A stretch of 64,000 nucleotides of DNA from Mayamaea pseudoterrestris (taxonomy: Eukaryota). This document shows, in pieces, positions 36,187 through 48,600 of the stretch. The notes under the pieces were generated by a model that saw nothing but the letters and a program-made list of their open reading frames with translations, searched no databases and had not been told where the DNA came from. Within the stretch, counting starts at the first letter, position 1. Each line of letters begins with the position of its first letter. The stretch spans positions 1,736,001-1,800,000 of the forward strand of contig BROI01000002.1 of NCBI GenBank assembly GCA_027923505.1. Reading direction: 5' to 3'. A program made the translations under genes and the position numbers.

Positions 36187-39110
36187 TTCGCTTCCCGATT
36201 GGAGCTGTTAAGATTGATAAGGAGAGATGTATCTGCTATGAACCTTCTGGCAGATGATACCCTTGATGATTTTGACGGTGCCAATCGCATCAACTTTGTC
36301 GACACGGTAAGGGCCGCCTCGAGGTGCGTTAAAGAGACATTTAAATCCAGTTCCGTTGAGTAACACTTGGTTATGCGTGTAGGACTTGATTGCGTACATG
36401 AGCTCAAAGCTTGGCTCTGCTGTTGCCTTGCGTTTTGCCAAGGACTTTAAACCCTCCGATAAGAGGATTGGCCATTGTAAGCGTATTTAAGCTTGTGTAT
36501 TGTATGCCGTCTGTATTGACGGTGGTCCAACCAAATCCACATAGACGCATTGCTATGGGTGGTCGTCAATTGCTGGCTCAAGCAGAGATGCTTGGCGAAT
36601 GGCTGCATCCTGAGCGTTTACTCACCAGGACGGCGCAAATTGTTATCGCTCGCAATGAGCGCAGATCACTCAAAATGAGTGTCGAACACTCGCAATGAGC
36701 ATGAAATGAAGGTCTTCCCTTTGAAACGATAAGCTCAAAGTCTTCAAAAATGTCTTTTGGGAATGCGTTGGATGAAGATGAACAATCGCGAGAACTCTGT
36801 CTCTATTGAGTGGTTCTTTGGCAATCGTCTGCGGCCGCATAAGGAAACAAGTAGATTCAAGTTCCATAATTCATCCAAGAGCAAGCATTGCGCTGCTACT
36901 CGCACGAAACATCCTTTCGTCGTGTTGCGACAATAAGTCAGTTTCTAAAATGGCTGCATATTTGCCATGCGACACGATTCAGTGTGTCTGGAGCTCAGAA
37001 GGATGCTGTTCCTTGAGACTCAGTTTTGATAACTCAAACAACTCAAAGCATCAGCCACTTGGTTGTAGAAACACTGGGCCAGGCATCGTCATCCATGGAT
37101 GCGCTTGAAACCTGCTTGGTCGTTGGTTGGTTGCGTGGTCGTAAATTCGACATTTGGCTTTGTGCATTGCACGCCCCAAGAGGACGCCCAAAGTGGAAAT
37201 TTATATACACTCGTTGCGGGCTTGTCGCTCTGTTCTCCCCCATGAAAATTTCCGCGGGGTTGGAATTTGTTGTTGGTAACGTTGCGAGCTGAAAGCTGCA
37301 AGGCGAAAATTCGCTTCCATTTTATAGGATGTGAGATGCTCAAAGGGTTCGAGCTTTGTGGCCAAAGGCACTTGTTGTATGAAGATGAATGCGCAGCCAG
37401 CGCAAGATTGAAATAAGAGACTGTTTCAGTCGTTTGGGTGCCGAGTTGTACCGGCGACACAACGATGTTGTGGTTGAAAGAGCAAGCGCACTGCTCACTG
37501 CTCAGTGACTCAGCTGCGCGCTTCGCGCTGCTGTCATATGTTCCATTATGGAAGTATGTTGCATTGCCTATTAGATTGGCAGTAGAATGGGTGTAGCGCA
37601 TCAGTCGCTTCCATGAGTAGCTTTCCGTTTGGAAGAGCTTGTTGATGGACGTTCAAACTTGGAACGATCGTCGGCTCGTCGGCTGGCTTTAAGCTAGCGT
37701 TTGCATGAGGAACAGTCAAATTGTTCCATTGAGTGGCTTTATAACCATAGAGATTGAGCATTTTCAATGCTGCCGTTAGATCCCGCTTGTAGCGGAGGTT
37801 TGTTTTATACATTGCGCGAGGCGCGTCGTCGTTTGCTTGGGTTTGCTCAAGGCGAAGGCGTTCAGAATTCCGAGTTTGAATTCCAGATTCCAAATTCTTA
37901 TGGAAGGTGAAACTCCAGTTAGGTTAGAGTTCATGCAATTTGCTGCGACGAAACGTCGTCGTTTGTTTGCCAAAGAGGCTTTCCCTTGGTTGTATTGATC
38001 ATATAGATCATTTAGAATGTATGTGTATACACGTCGCTATTGCACGACAAGAAGCCTGTATTCAGGATATGTAAAGAGCTTCATTGGCTCGGAGCTACTA
38101 ACGTCTTAAATCGCTACCTTAATAGGTCGATGTGCAATGTGCTTCGTTTGTTAGTGCTGATTGCAAGTCTCCATATGGGACAGCAAGTAACGCATGATTT
38201 TAGCGTGGTCAAAAGCGCAATATTTAGCGCGGTTCAAAAGGGTTTGAAAAACCTGTTGAAAATGCTTGGCGTAGCGTATAGCGTAGCGCCTTCTTTGTAA
38301 AAGCGTGTCGTCCAATTTGGTACGAACAAGATCTGAGTCCTTCCATCGGGTACTCATTGTCTTTGAAAATATGACGGACTCATTGCGATTCCCATTGGTA
38401 GGCGCAAGTATTCAAAGTCCTTGAGTTTGCATTGCCGCTTGCTGTACTTGGCAGTCGTTGACTGAAGAATTTGCTTGGACTGACGATGGATTGTTAATAT
38501 GTCGTCGTCGTCGTCGTCATGATTGAGACTTTTGGGGTTTTCAGCGATGGAATTTCATTCGCATTCAGTGGAGCTGCCACTTAAAGTGTGCTTTGCTTCT
38601 TGAAACTTAGCATTAGTCGTATTGAATTGACTGGAATGCAGTATTTGTAGCCGATGAGTTGGCGTTGCGTATCGTGGAGCGCCTTGTATAAGCGTGTCGT
38701 CCAAATTGATACGAACAATATTTGAGTCCTTCTATTGGGTACTCATTGTTTTTGAAAACAGTTTGGGCTTAAGGCGATTCCCATTGGTAACCGCATGTGC
38801 TTGGAGTCGTTGACTTTAGCTTTGGCTGTCGCTTGCCGTAGTGCGTCTCCGCATGCGACGGATGACGAATCCATTCGAATAAAATCGTTCTGGATTGTTT
38901 TGTTCACGCCCGAAGGCTGCGTGTGATTGCGTTTGCAATTCACTTGCATTTTCTCTGGTGTGGTTGGAGCTCCTTTGCCAGAGGTTTCCTTTGCAGGAGG
39001 GGAATGGCGCGTTTCGCGCGTCGAATTGCTGCTCCGCGTGCCGCGCACGTCAGAGTCATCGACAGTCACTATCATTGTCAAAAATGTAGGCTCGTGAAGT
39101 GTTAACACTA

Positions 39111-39271
39111 TGACATACCGTACAGGTTTGATCAAAGAGTGAAATTATGATAGAAGTGCTTATGCTACTTTTGGTGCAGAAAGGTGTGATGTGGCCTCTC
39201 GAAGGCTACTCTTCAAGTTCCACGGGGAACCTATCACCCGGTATTCCAGGCGGCACTTCCACGTCATGGCA
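39111..39271 (-). repeat. 5' LTR (161 bp)
   Basis: Identical by eye to 36026-36186. Confidence 0.95.
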
Positions 39272-40124
39272 CGGGGCGCTCGGAAGCTTATGGAATCATC
39301 AAGTATCCCATGCTGATTGGAATCTTGTATCAAGTGCTTGGCATATAAGTCATTTTTCCACTGCTGTGGGTGCCAGCCTACTGCTTTGGACGAAACGATA
39401 GTGGTGTCGTCAGTTCCGTTCGCGCCAAGGCGAGTTTTCCGTTGAGCTTGTTCATGCTAATCTTGACGATTCTATTGTTCACCTTGGATACGAAATCATA
39501 TGCCTGGACACTGACGGCAGGAACGCTTGGTGGACCGGCAGTGGTCATGATTGCTCCAACTGTCTTGTACTGGTTGGATCCGCCATCACAAACTTCAACG
39601 ACTCCATCGCCACTGGCCCAAAAGCAAAGCTCCCAGCTGATTGCCATGGCGTACGGTGCAAGCGGAGTCGTTTCGTTGCTCGGATGGTACTTTCTCTTAT
39701 ATGTGGCGTGGACGCGCTACGAAACGAACGTTGCAGCCTTTCTATCCGACGTTTGGGGAGCAACGTCCAATCCGTTTGTTCGTTTCATGACGATTGACGC
39801 CTTGGTCTTGTGGCTGGCTGTCTTGATTCACATTGGTTTTCGCAACGTTGGGAGCGCGGTGGAAGCGGTCCTGCTGACACCTTTGTTTGGACCTGGAGCG
39901 GCATGCGCCATGGCGCTTTCGGGCGTTGAAACAATGGAGGAGCAAAAGTTGAAACGTGATTGAATTGTGTATGACGAAAGATCATTCGAATATCATTAAC
40001 AGACTGATATAGCAGATACAGTGTACACTATATATTTTATAGCTGAAGTTTAACGTCTTCAGCGAGTAGCAATGTTGTAATTGTTGCGGATGTATAGAGT
40101 AACATCATACAGGAGTTATTGTTC

Positions 40125-43100
40125 TCAGCTGGACGGCGTCTCCGATATGGCGACTGTCGAGTAGCTGTCACCAAGCTTCGAATAATCCTTGCTTTTATGA
40201 TCCATTTCTCGTGGCTGCAGTGCCAGTGACGAGCCGTCAAACGATGCAAAGCTATCACTGGACGTTGTTCGGGCAACTGGAGCTGGTGCGCGGACCATTC
40301 CAAAAAAGTGTCCCTTTGATCTCGTCGTCGAATCAGCTGGGAAGCATGGCTCGAAATCACTGGACCAATCTGCTGCATCAACAGACGCCAGACTGGACGA
40401 GCATTCCTTGGCAAAGCTCAGCTTGGCAGGAATCTTTCCAGAACCAAAGAATGAGCTACGACGACGAGGCTTGGCAATGGCTGATAGCTTTTCCGAGTTC
40501 GATTTAGTTGAAAACGGCATTTTCCCAGTGAGTATAGCATTCAAACTTAGCTGTCGAGGCGCATAAATCTCGCCAGTGATTTGTTGATCTTTCTCGTGTT
40601 CAGCAGTGATCCCCTTCGTCACAGAGGACGCGACAAAATGAGCGCCGTCATCATATGATGCAAAACTTGATTGACTTTGATCGGACATGCCTCGCACTAT
40701 GCCTTGAGCAATTGTGGACCCGACATCATCATTCGTCGCAAAGCTCGCGTTACTATGGTCAGATCTTGATCGACGTGCGTTAAATCCAATGCCCAAAAAC
40801 GATCCACGATGAGTTGCTTTCGCAGGCGTAGCCTCGCTTCCACTGTCATATGATGCAAAGCTGCTTTGTGATCCTTGTGACGATGATCGCGACACGGGTC
40901 CGAAACCAAGGAACGACCCTCTTCGCCCAGCTTTTCTTTGGCTGATTGGTGGCTGATATGATTCATTTGAACCATCAAATGACGCAAAACTGCTGTCCGA
41001 CTCAAAAATTGCACCTTGCTTGCTGCTGCCGCCCAGACCAAAGAAAGAGGCACGCCGCTGGGTTCGTTGGCCATTGTTTACCGAACGAAGCGCATCGACT
41101 CCCGAGGTTGCATGCGACTGGTTGATTCCAGTTCTTGTCGTCGTTCTACCTTCGTCGTCAGAATGTGTTAGTGCCTCCTCAGCCGATGATTCGCTACCTT
41201 TTTCACATGACGCAACAACCGAAACACGCCGAGCCGGCATTCGCAAAATATCGGTTGATGCTTTCCGGGCAAGGCGAGCATGATTGCGTTGTGCACTGTG
41301 CGGCGGTTCCAGTGAATGGCATCGCGTCGGCTTCCGTCCTGTCGCCACTGACCCACGTCTTGGAACAGGAAGAGGCGCCGAGTCGGAGGATGCACGAGGC
41401 AGTGCGTTTCCAATTGCTGAAGCAGATAGCTGTGGTTTCCGAATAACCAGATTAGAGCTCATTGCACCTTTTAATCCATGGTTGCTGCCAAAGAATGAGC
41501 TTCGTCGTCTTGCCTTTGGCGCATCAACGACGCCACTATGGAACATGGCACTATATCTTGAAGGTCGCAAAATTGATACAGGGGCAGTGTTCAGTTTTGC
41601 TGTAACAAGTCCTACTGCAGATTGTGGTCCATTCTCGGAGGTGGCGGAAGAATCCAATCGCTTACTTGGCGATTGCGGACTGCGTAACATGGAAATAGGT
41701 ACTAAATCAAGCATCGCAGAAGAGAGGGAGTCGCCGTCGTCTGCTGCTCCATCCGTGTCATCGTCATCGGAGGATGAGCTTAAAGAGATGAAATCACTGG
41801 GATCGTCGTCAGGTAATGGTAGCTTAACTGCTGGCGAGTCGTAAGTCAATGGACTCGGCACACGTGAACATGCCATGTCATCAAACCTTAAAGCCGCAGC
41901 CCATTTGCGCTGCGTTATAATTGCGGGTTTATCGACAGCCATCATCTCTTCCGAAGTAAAATCGTCACTGTCACCAGGCATGTACATGGGTTCGTACTCG
42001 AGCGCGACTCGATCTTCATCAAGAATCCGACTTCGGCGAAAAGGATTCTTAATCCCAATGCCGCTGTCTACCGATGCACTCCTTTGAAATGAAGGACGCA
42101 TCATGGAACTCCCGACAAAAGCTGAGGGAGACTCATTTGATCCACCGAAAAAGGAGCTTCGGCGACGTGCTCGTGATGTAGGGAAGGAAGGCGCAATGTC
42201 AGGGGCTAAAGCGGATTGGTTCTTGCCCATGGATACCCTCCGCGGAACCAAACTGCTTATAAAAGAATCACGCCGTTTTGACTTGCCAGTCACCGCCTGA
42301 CTAACAACTTTTTCTGTCTCAACATCGTGTATCCATCGAGATTTGGAAGGACTCGACGGCATTATTGCACTCAAAAATGACCCTCGTCGCTCTTTTCCTC
42401 GTCCAGGTGACACCACCGGCGACGCAGTAGCAAGATTACTGTCGCTGTTACCCTCTGCAATCTTGTTGCCAAACAATGACAAGCGTCGTCGTGGTCGAGG
42501 AACGTCAAGCTCCACTTTTTCTTCAGCGTCGTCGTCTTTCTTATCATCATCCAACGACACTTTTATAGTTTCCTTTGGCTTGCTGCAGGCCACAGATTTT
42601 CTTCGCTCCGGCATGCGAGGGCTCAAAGCACTGTCGGCTGAAACATTTCGTCGCAAATTAGGTTCGGGCCGTCCCATCAAATTGGGCGAGAATGTTAAAG
42701 GCTTGTCGCCATATATTGAATCGTCATCGTCCGTAAACGGCAAGCCTACTATGTTATCAAAGGTATTTCGACGATTACGATTCGCCATTGCACAAGGGAC
42801 TGGTGTATTGCTAAAACTGGATTCAGAAGTTTGCTTCTGCAAACGAGGTTCGAAACTAGCCTTGGCTAGCTCAAAGCTATCACTGCAACCAAGGCTCGGT
42901 ACCTCGCTGACGCGCGGCGGACTCGATGGCGCTGTAGCCAGTGACAACGGCTGCATGGGAGATTCGTCGTCGTGGCAATTAGTGCATTCCGTCGAAGAAG
43001 CTAGCAGTTCATCCTCCTCTCCAAATGGATCGCACTCTGCCGTGACAAAATTGGATGCTCGTCGCTGCGGCTTGGTCGGGCTTGACTCTGGCGATCTTCG

Positions 43101-43844
43101 CTTTAATTTTTCAGTAGCAGACGATGGAATGAAAGACTCTCTGCGCACCGGAATATGCAATGCATCATCGTTTAAATCTGCAGCTGCAGCACATTGATCC
43201 AATCGACAGTCGACGCTAGCCGTCCGACGAAGTGGACTACTTGCGCCACCAGAGAATCGAGATTCACCTGCTCCATCCAACGCTCTCTTTAACTCATCTT
43301 TTGGAGGCGACAATCGTCGAACCATTTTGGAGAACTTTCGTTTCGTCTTTTCAAGCTTTTCCGTGACGCCGTCCCAATTCTTGTTGGAATTGGACTTTTT
43401 GCGGTCCGTTCTCTTGCGAAAGCATTCCTTGGTAGCTTGCTCAATCTCTTCAATTGTGTATCCTTCTCGAATCAGTCTGTCGTAATATAAAGTAAATGGC
43501 AGTAATGAGTATATGTGAGCAAGGCTGTACCTCTTTGTGCGTCAAAAACTCCGCATCACCATCACGTGGCGGCGACTGCATGCATTTCTCGTCACGTACA
43601 TTTCCATTCGCAAGTTCTTGCTAATCACCAACTGCCTCGTCGTTCTCCGGGGCCCTCTCGCTTGTTCATAGGACTCCAAAGGAACGCGCTCAAAGTGCAA
43701 GGCCTCATTGGATAGCGTAATCGGCACGCCTTGGCTCACGGACGGATTGTGTCCAATGGCGGCACCAAACTCGTGGATTTCAACGTCACCAAAGGTTAAT
43801 CTAGTATGATGCAGCGGTTCATGACGCGATATCGGGTCGTCCAT
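40125..43844 (-). CDS. Large Ser/Arg-rich protein with an N-terminal diatom-type motif; exons 43600-43844 and 40125-43476
   Basis: FGDVEIHEF...IGHNPSVSQGVPITL motif; GTACGT..CAG intron 43477-43599 joins RME|ILIREGYTIEEI in frame with the 1066-aa ORF; many RRxSF motifs. Confidence 0.8.
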
Positions 43845-44140
43845 TGTTTCTTTCACTGTAAATTGTAGTGAAAAAGTACAAAATAGGTCGACGATGAAGG
43901 AGGGTCGCTTCAAGACGCTGCTCCACGATCACGCTTCGCAGTCATCCGTGCCGTGCATCCATGCGTGGGCAGCTGTACTGCATCAGTCACTCTGGCGTGA
44001 GAAACGGAGTCGTGTGACATTATTTCGCTCATGCTAAAATGTCAGTCGAGGTTGTACTATGTACTATAGCCTCCCAGTCGAGGACATCTTCCGGATAAAA
44101 TGACATCAGCATGACCCAATCGAAAGGGCTATATCGGATA

Positions 44141-44315
44141 TGACGCAGTTTTCACTGGCACTCGTTTCAAACTACAGCCTCGTGACGCAGTTATCACTGG
44201 CACTCGTTTCATATTAGTGCCTTATGACGTACTTTTCACTGGCACTCGTTTCGTATAATTGCCTCATGACGCAGTTATCACTGGCACTCGTTTCGTACTA
44301 TTGCCTTAGTGACGT
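44141..44315. repeat. Four 42-bp tandem units (28-bp conserved core + 14-15-bp variable part) in a divergent intergenic region
   Basis: TGACG(CAG/TAC)TT(T/A)TCACTGGCACTCGTTTC starts at 44141, 44183, 44225 and 44267, with a terminal TGACGT at 44310. Confidence 0.93.
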
Positions 44316-44486
44316 GGACCCCATTGGTTTACTTCTCTCGACGTGAACCCACGACCATGAGGTACTCTTGTCGACGTTTGATCGAGCATCCGGCCATTCG
44401 GAGGCTGTCGAGGACGCGTCTTGCCACAACCTTAAGGCTCTGACGGGATCAATACTGGTATTCAGCAACAGATTATAGACGACAGC

Positions 44487-45149
44487 ATGTCGCTAATTGA
44501 ACAACAACATGACGAATCCGCGACAGCGGCAGTCTTTCTCGACGCGCTGCCATACGTTGACCAAGTAGACGAAACATACGATGCCCTTGCTCAATCCTTG
44601 GTCGAAGAGGAAATGCAAACAATGCAGAAAGATGTACAGATAAACGATGACGATATCAAGCCAATCAAATATACCACGAAATTGTTTGAGCAAGAATACA
44701 ATCAGCGGAGTCGTCGCCTCGGTCCTTTGCCGGAATTGTTTAGCCATGACAAACGAAGCATCGAAATGGATCTTCATACCCTGGAGGATTATCAAGACGC
44801 TGTGAAAAGGGCTCGCACTGCATACGAAAAGGAGCGCCTGCGCGAAGTACAATTGAGCGTTGACAAGACAGAGTCGAGCTCCCTCTGGAAATTGCAAGCT
44901 GACAATGCGACGCGGCAGTTACAATCGTCCGAGCAAAGACTGGAGCATCAACGCCACATTGTTGAAAGAATTAATGCATTGCGATTGCAGGAGCAGGAAG
45001 GATTTGGTCGAGAGTTGGAGCGAGCGTCGCGTCAATTTCAAGAGTTAATTGACAAGAGGATGCAGCTGCAGCAAGCGATTGCTCAGCTTGAAGATGAACT
45101 TTCGACTGACAAAAGATCAGCAGCAGATGCTGTAGTGAACAATTCATAA
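44487..45149 (+). CDS. BCAS2: Pre-mRNA splicing factor SPF27/BCAS2-like (220 aa)
   Basis: LDALPYVD...AQSLVEEEM N-terminus; coiled-coil C-terminus with INALRLQEQ. Confidence 0.8.
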   Translation: MSLIEQQHDESATAAVFLDALPYVDQVDETYDALAQSLVEEEMQTMQKDVQINDDDIKPIKYTTKLFEQEYNQRSRRLGPLPELFSHDKRSIEMDLHTLEDYQDAVKRARTAYEKERLREVQLSVDKTESSSLWKLQADNATRQLQSSEQRLEHQRHIVERINALRLQEQEGFGRELERASRQFQELIDKRMQLQQAIAQLEDELSTDKRSAADAVVNNS

Positions 45150-45688
45150 CTGGTCAACAGTGGAAGGCTGTTCGTACCATGCGTGAGAATAGCCAAAATT
45201 TTCAAAACTAGCACTAATCGTATGCATGTGTCTCATGACTGGTGTAAAAATATGTTCACACAACTCATTCTAGCTTGCTGATGGTTGCAGCTTGCGTATG
45301 ACTAGGATTTAGCAAGCAATGTCGTTGTCATTGTAAATTCGTAACTATCTCCCTGCCAAGTCTCGCTGGAAAAAACTCACTGGTAGACTGCCGTCCTGCC
45401 AGGTCTACTCTGCTCATAAAAACCAAACTCACTGTCAGTCATGCTTGTCAAATATCCCATTGCATAGCTGTATATCTGGCATCTCAACCTCAAGCTTGAC
45501 TGTTGAAAGGATCGCCTAGCAAGCATACTTAACACAACAGTACAATCTGCTGTATAGTCATTCTGAATACTGCCTTGGCACGATTGCCGGGCCGATCCAT
45601 TTTTCTTCATGAAGGAACAGGTGGATGGTGTCTTTCAAATACAATCACTTTCTTACAACTATTGAAGCACCACTAAGCAAAGGAAGCG

Positions 45689-48600
45689 ATGAACTCGGAT
45701 CGAAGTGAAAGTCGACGAGAACCGCTCGAGTGCAAGCCGCCATCGCAAAAGAGTATTTTTGAGCGATCTTCACTTCGATACTCGCTATCATCGAGCGGAC
45801 GATCGAGGGCATCCGTCTTGGAACGTTTGTTCACAGAGCAAGAGATTGGCGATCTCAATAGAGAATATGACGCATCAAGTGACTTCTTAATTGGGAACTT
45901 GCCAAAGCTAGCGCAGGAAACGTTCGATGAGTTGCTCGAAGAACAAGCCTTGCCAAACGAGCCTCAAGGCATTCCAGTCGCAAGAAACCATGAAACAAAA
46001 GCCTTGGACGAGCTGCGCATGGTTGGTAAAGGCGCAGTTATCAAGCGAATCATTGATCCTTCAATGCATCCGCATCTATTTGGACGCGGCAAAGCAACTC
46101 GTGGAGTTGCTCGACAAGTGCAGCTTGGGCACGGCCGTTGCAATCGTTCGGGGTCCGTCTGGATGCGGCAAGACGAGCCTTTACGACGCTTTTGGAAGAC
46201 GACTAAATGTCGAGCCTCACGAGGAATGGCTCAAGTATGTTTGTAGCTTGAAGTATCGGCAGCAAAGCGAAAATGAGGTGGACGAAACGATTGAGAGTGA
46301 CTCGGAGCAAAGCATGGAACTCGATGACATCGGCAACGACGAGGACTCCTTCACAGTTGAGCGAGACTCAATTTTGAAGCGTCAAGATACTGCCATTTAT
46401 ATTTCCGGACAATTTGATTCCTCTCGGAGCAGCGTTCCGTACGCGGCCATTGTCCATGCCTTCAACGAGCTTGGGACAATGCTTTGCGAGGTGCAAAAGG
46501 AGCTTGATACAAAACGGAAGTCGAGTCGCTGGCACGATAGAAAGACCCTGAAACAGAACCGTCGCTTGTCGTATTCGGACCCTAATCCGGCGGCTGGCAT
46601 GCGACAATCACTGGCAAAATGCTTGAACGACAGCGATTTGAACACCATACTGGAGCTGTTGACCAACGAGGGCAAGATTCTCGCAAAGGTTATTCCATCT
46701 TTCAAAACGCTGGTCAAGGCGGCAGATCCCAGTCGGTTTGTGACAGATGGGTCCTGGGGGTTTAGCTCAACGAACTTTAGCTTGCAGCTTTCAAAGCGCA
46801 GCATGGGATTCGAAGACGGCAGCAAGCCAATCGTTTTGTTCGGACCATCGCCGGGACGGGCAAGAAACCGCAGCATTCTAGCAAGCATGCTCAGCAAGGG
46901 ACTTGGGATTGGCTCCTCGTCAAAATTGATATTCCAGCGTAATGGTGCCATGGGTGACTCTACGTCGAGCAACCTTGCAAGTACTTTGGGCATGAGCATG
47001 TCCACCTTGTCGGTGAAGGAGTCGGAATTTGCATCCGTTACGAATGGCACAAATGACTGCAACAGCGAGGGCGGTTTGCTTACGGAACGCTTTAATATTG
47101 GCATATCCGCATTGCTTAAGGTCTTCTGTGCGCCTCATCGCAAACTTGTCTGGTTTCTCGATGATTTTCAATGGGCCGACGAAGCATCTCAGCAATTAAT
47201 CAAGACGATTGTCGGCGATCCTACGTTTCAAAATCTGCTGGTATGTTTTGGTTACCGAAACGAAGTTGTCGAAACTGTGACGAAACCAGCATTGGAAGGC
47301 CTGCCGAAAGATCGAGTGGAGATATCGTTGGGCAATCTCGAGCGCCCTACCACTGATGCATGGCTTGCTTCGGTCTTGAAGCAGCGGCAGAGTGAGTCTG
47401 AATTTCAACTCCTTGTCGAAGTGGTGCATCGCAAGACGGATGGCAATCCGTGTTTTGTTTTGCAATACCTTGAACTGCTTCAACGCAAAGGAATGTTATA
47501 CTACTCACTTACTAAGAATATCTGGGAATGGGATTCACACCATCTGCGGGCGTTGAATAACAACGATTTGTCAACGACTAATGCTTTGCCTCTGGGTAAT
47601 AGTGACTCGATCGATCAAGTAACTTCGATGGAGAATGGGTTCCTTGCGGAATTGATCACCATCCAAATGTCCAGCACGCCCTCGTCAGTGCAGCGTTTAA
47701 TTCGAGTAGCCTCATGTCTTGGCTTTTATTTCGATGCGTCGTTACTGCGCGGTCTTTGTGAGCAATGTGATGCTCTTTTGTTGCTTGGCTTCTCGGTGGC
47801 TAACAAGGGAATCTACTACGAGGATGAGCAAATTAATGATAACGGTAGAGAAGATAATTCTATCATCGAAGAGGAAGACGCGCAATCAGAAACGATTCAT
47901 AAGCTTGCGATGGAACAGGCCGAGGCGGAAGGACTAATTGAGAGAACGCCTGACCTTCGGATCTACAAATTCGCCCATGATGATGTGCGGAAGGTGGTAA
48001 GTTTACCATACATTGTTTGCGTCCTTTTGCGATCGTCACTAACCAACATTCTTATAGATATATGAATCTATGGCGCAAGGCAAAGAGCGTATGTTGCTAC
48101 ACTTGCGAATCGGACAGTACATCATGGAACTCGGTGACGAACGATTCATTCTGGATGCAGCAGATCATTTTAATCGAGGGTCGTCACTACTTGTCTACGA
48201 GACTGAGAGGTTGGACCTTATTGAGTTAAACTTGGCGGCCAGTGCGCAAGCTGAACAGCGCGCAGGCATCTATCTGATGGCGGATTTCTTGAATCAAGCT
48301 ATCCTTTTGGTAAAGGAACGCGATTGGACAAAGTCCTACAAACTTGTTTTACAAGTGTACCATCGATCAACAGTGACAGAATATGCTCGTGGCGATTTTG
48401 CTGCTGCCCGGCGTCGCATCCAGGAGATTCTGGTGAGGGCATCAACTCTAGACGATCAATTACCAGCCCGTCTCGTTTGTATGGAAATTTTTGCATCGCA
48501 GGGAAATTATTCCACGGCCATCAGCGAATCTAGGAAGTTGTTGGCGGAGCTCGGAGAGCCCTTACCTCGAGCCGATCAGCTTAATTTTGCTCTGGAGTAT

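Larger units (their letters stand above)
36026..39271 (-). mobile_element. Non-autonomous Ty3/gypsy-derived LTR element (3246 bp) with 5-bp TSD CGGGG
   Basis: 161-bp TG..CA direct repeats; CGGGG at 36021-36025 and 39272-39276; minus-strand remnants YLRLPMGIAMSPSYFQ and LVRTKLDDTLL (RT core), and GPYRVDKVDAIGTVKI (integrase GPY/F tail). Confidence 0.93.
35681..39963 (+). pseudogene. Multi-pass membrane protein gene split by an LTR element (coding 35681-36025 + 39277-39963), with an in-frame TAA at 39346-39348
   Basis: Removing the element and one TSD gives continuous ...MLVEAG|RSEAYGIIKYPMLIGILYQVLGI*VIFPLLWVPAYCFG..., in frame with the 39370-39963 ORF. Confidence 0.88.

Noticed and set aside
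44141..44315. CRISPR array
   Set aside because: Linkers are only 14-15 bp and related to each other (all contain GCCT); there are no cas genes and the context is eukaryotic
45230..45620. Somewhat CpG-poor intergenic stretch as a TE remnant
   Set aside because: No terminal repeats, TSD or coding remnants found
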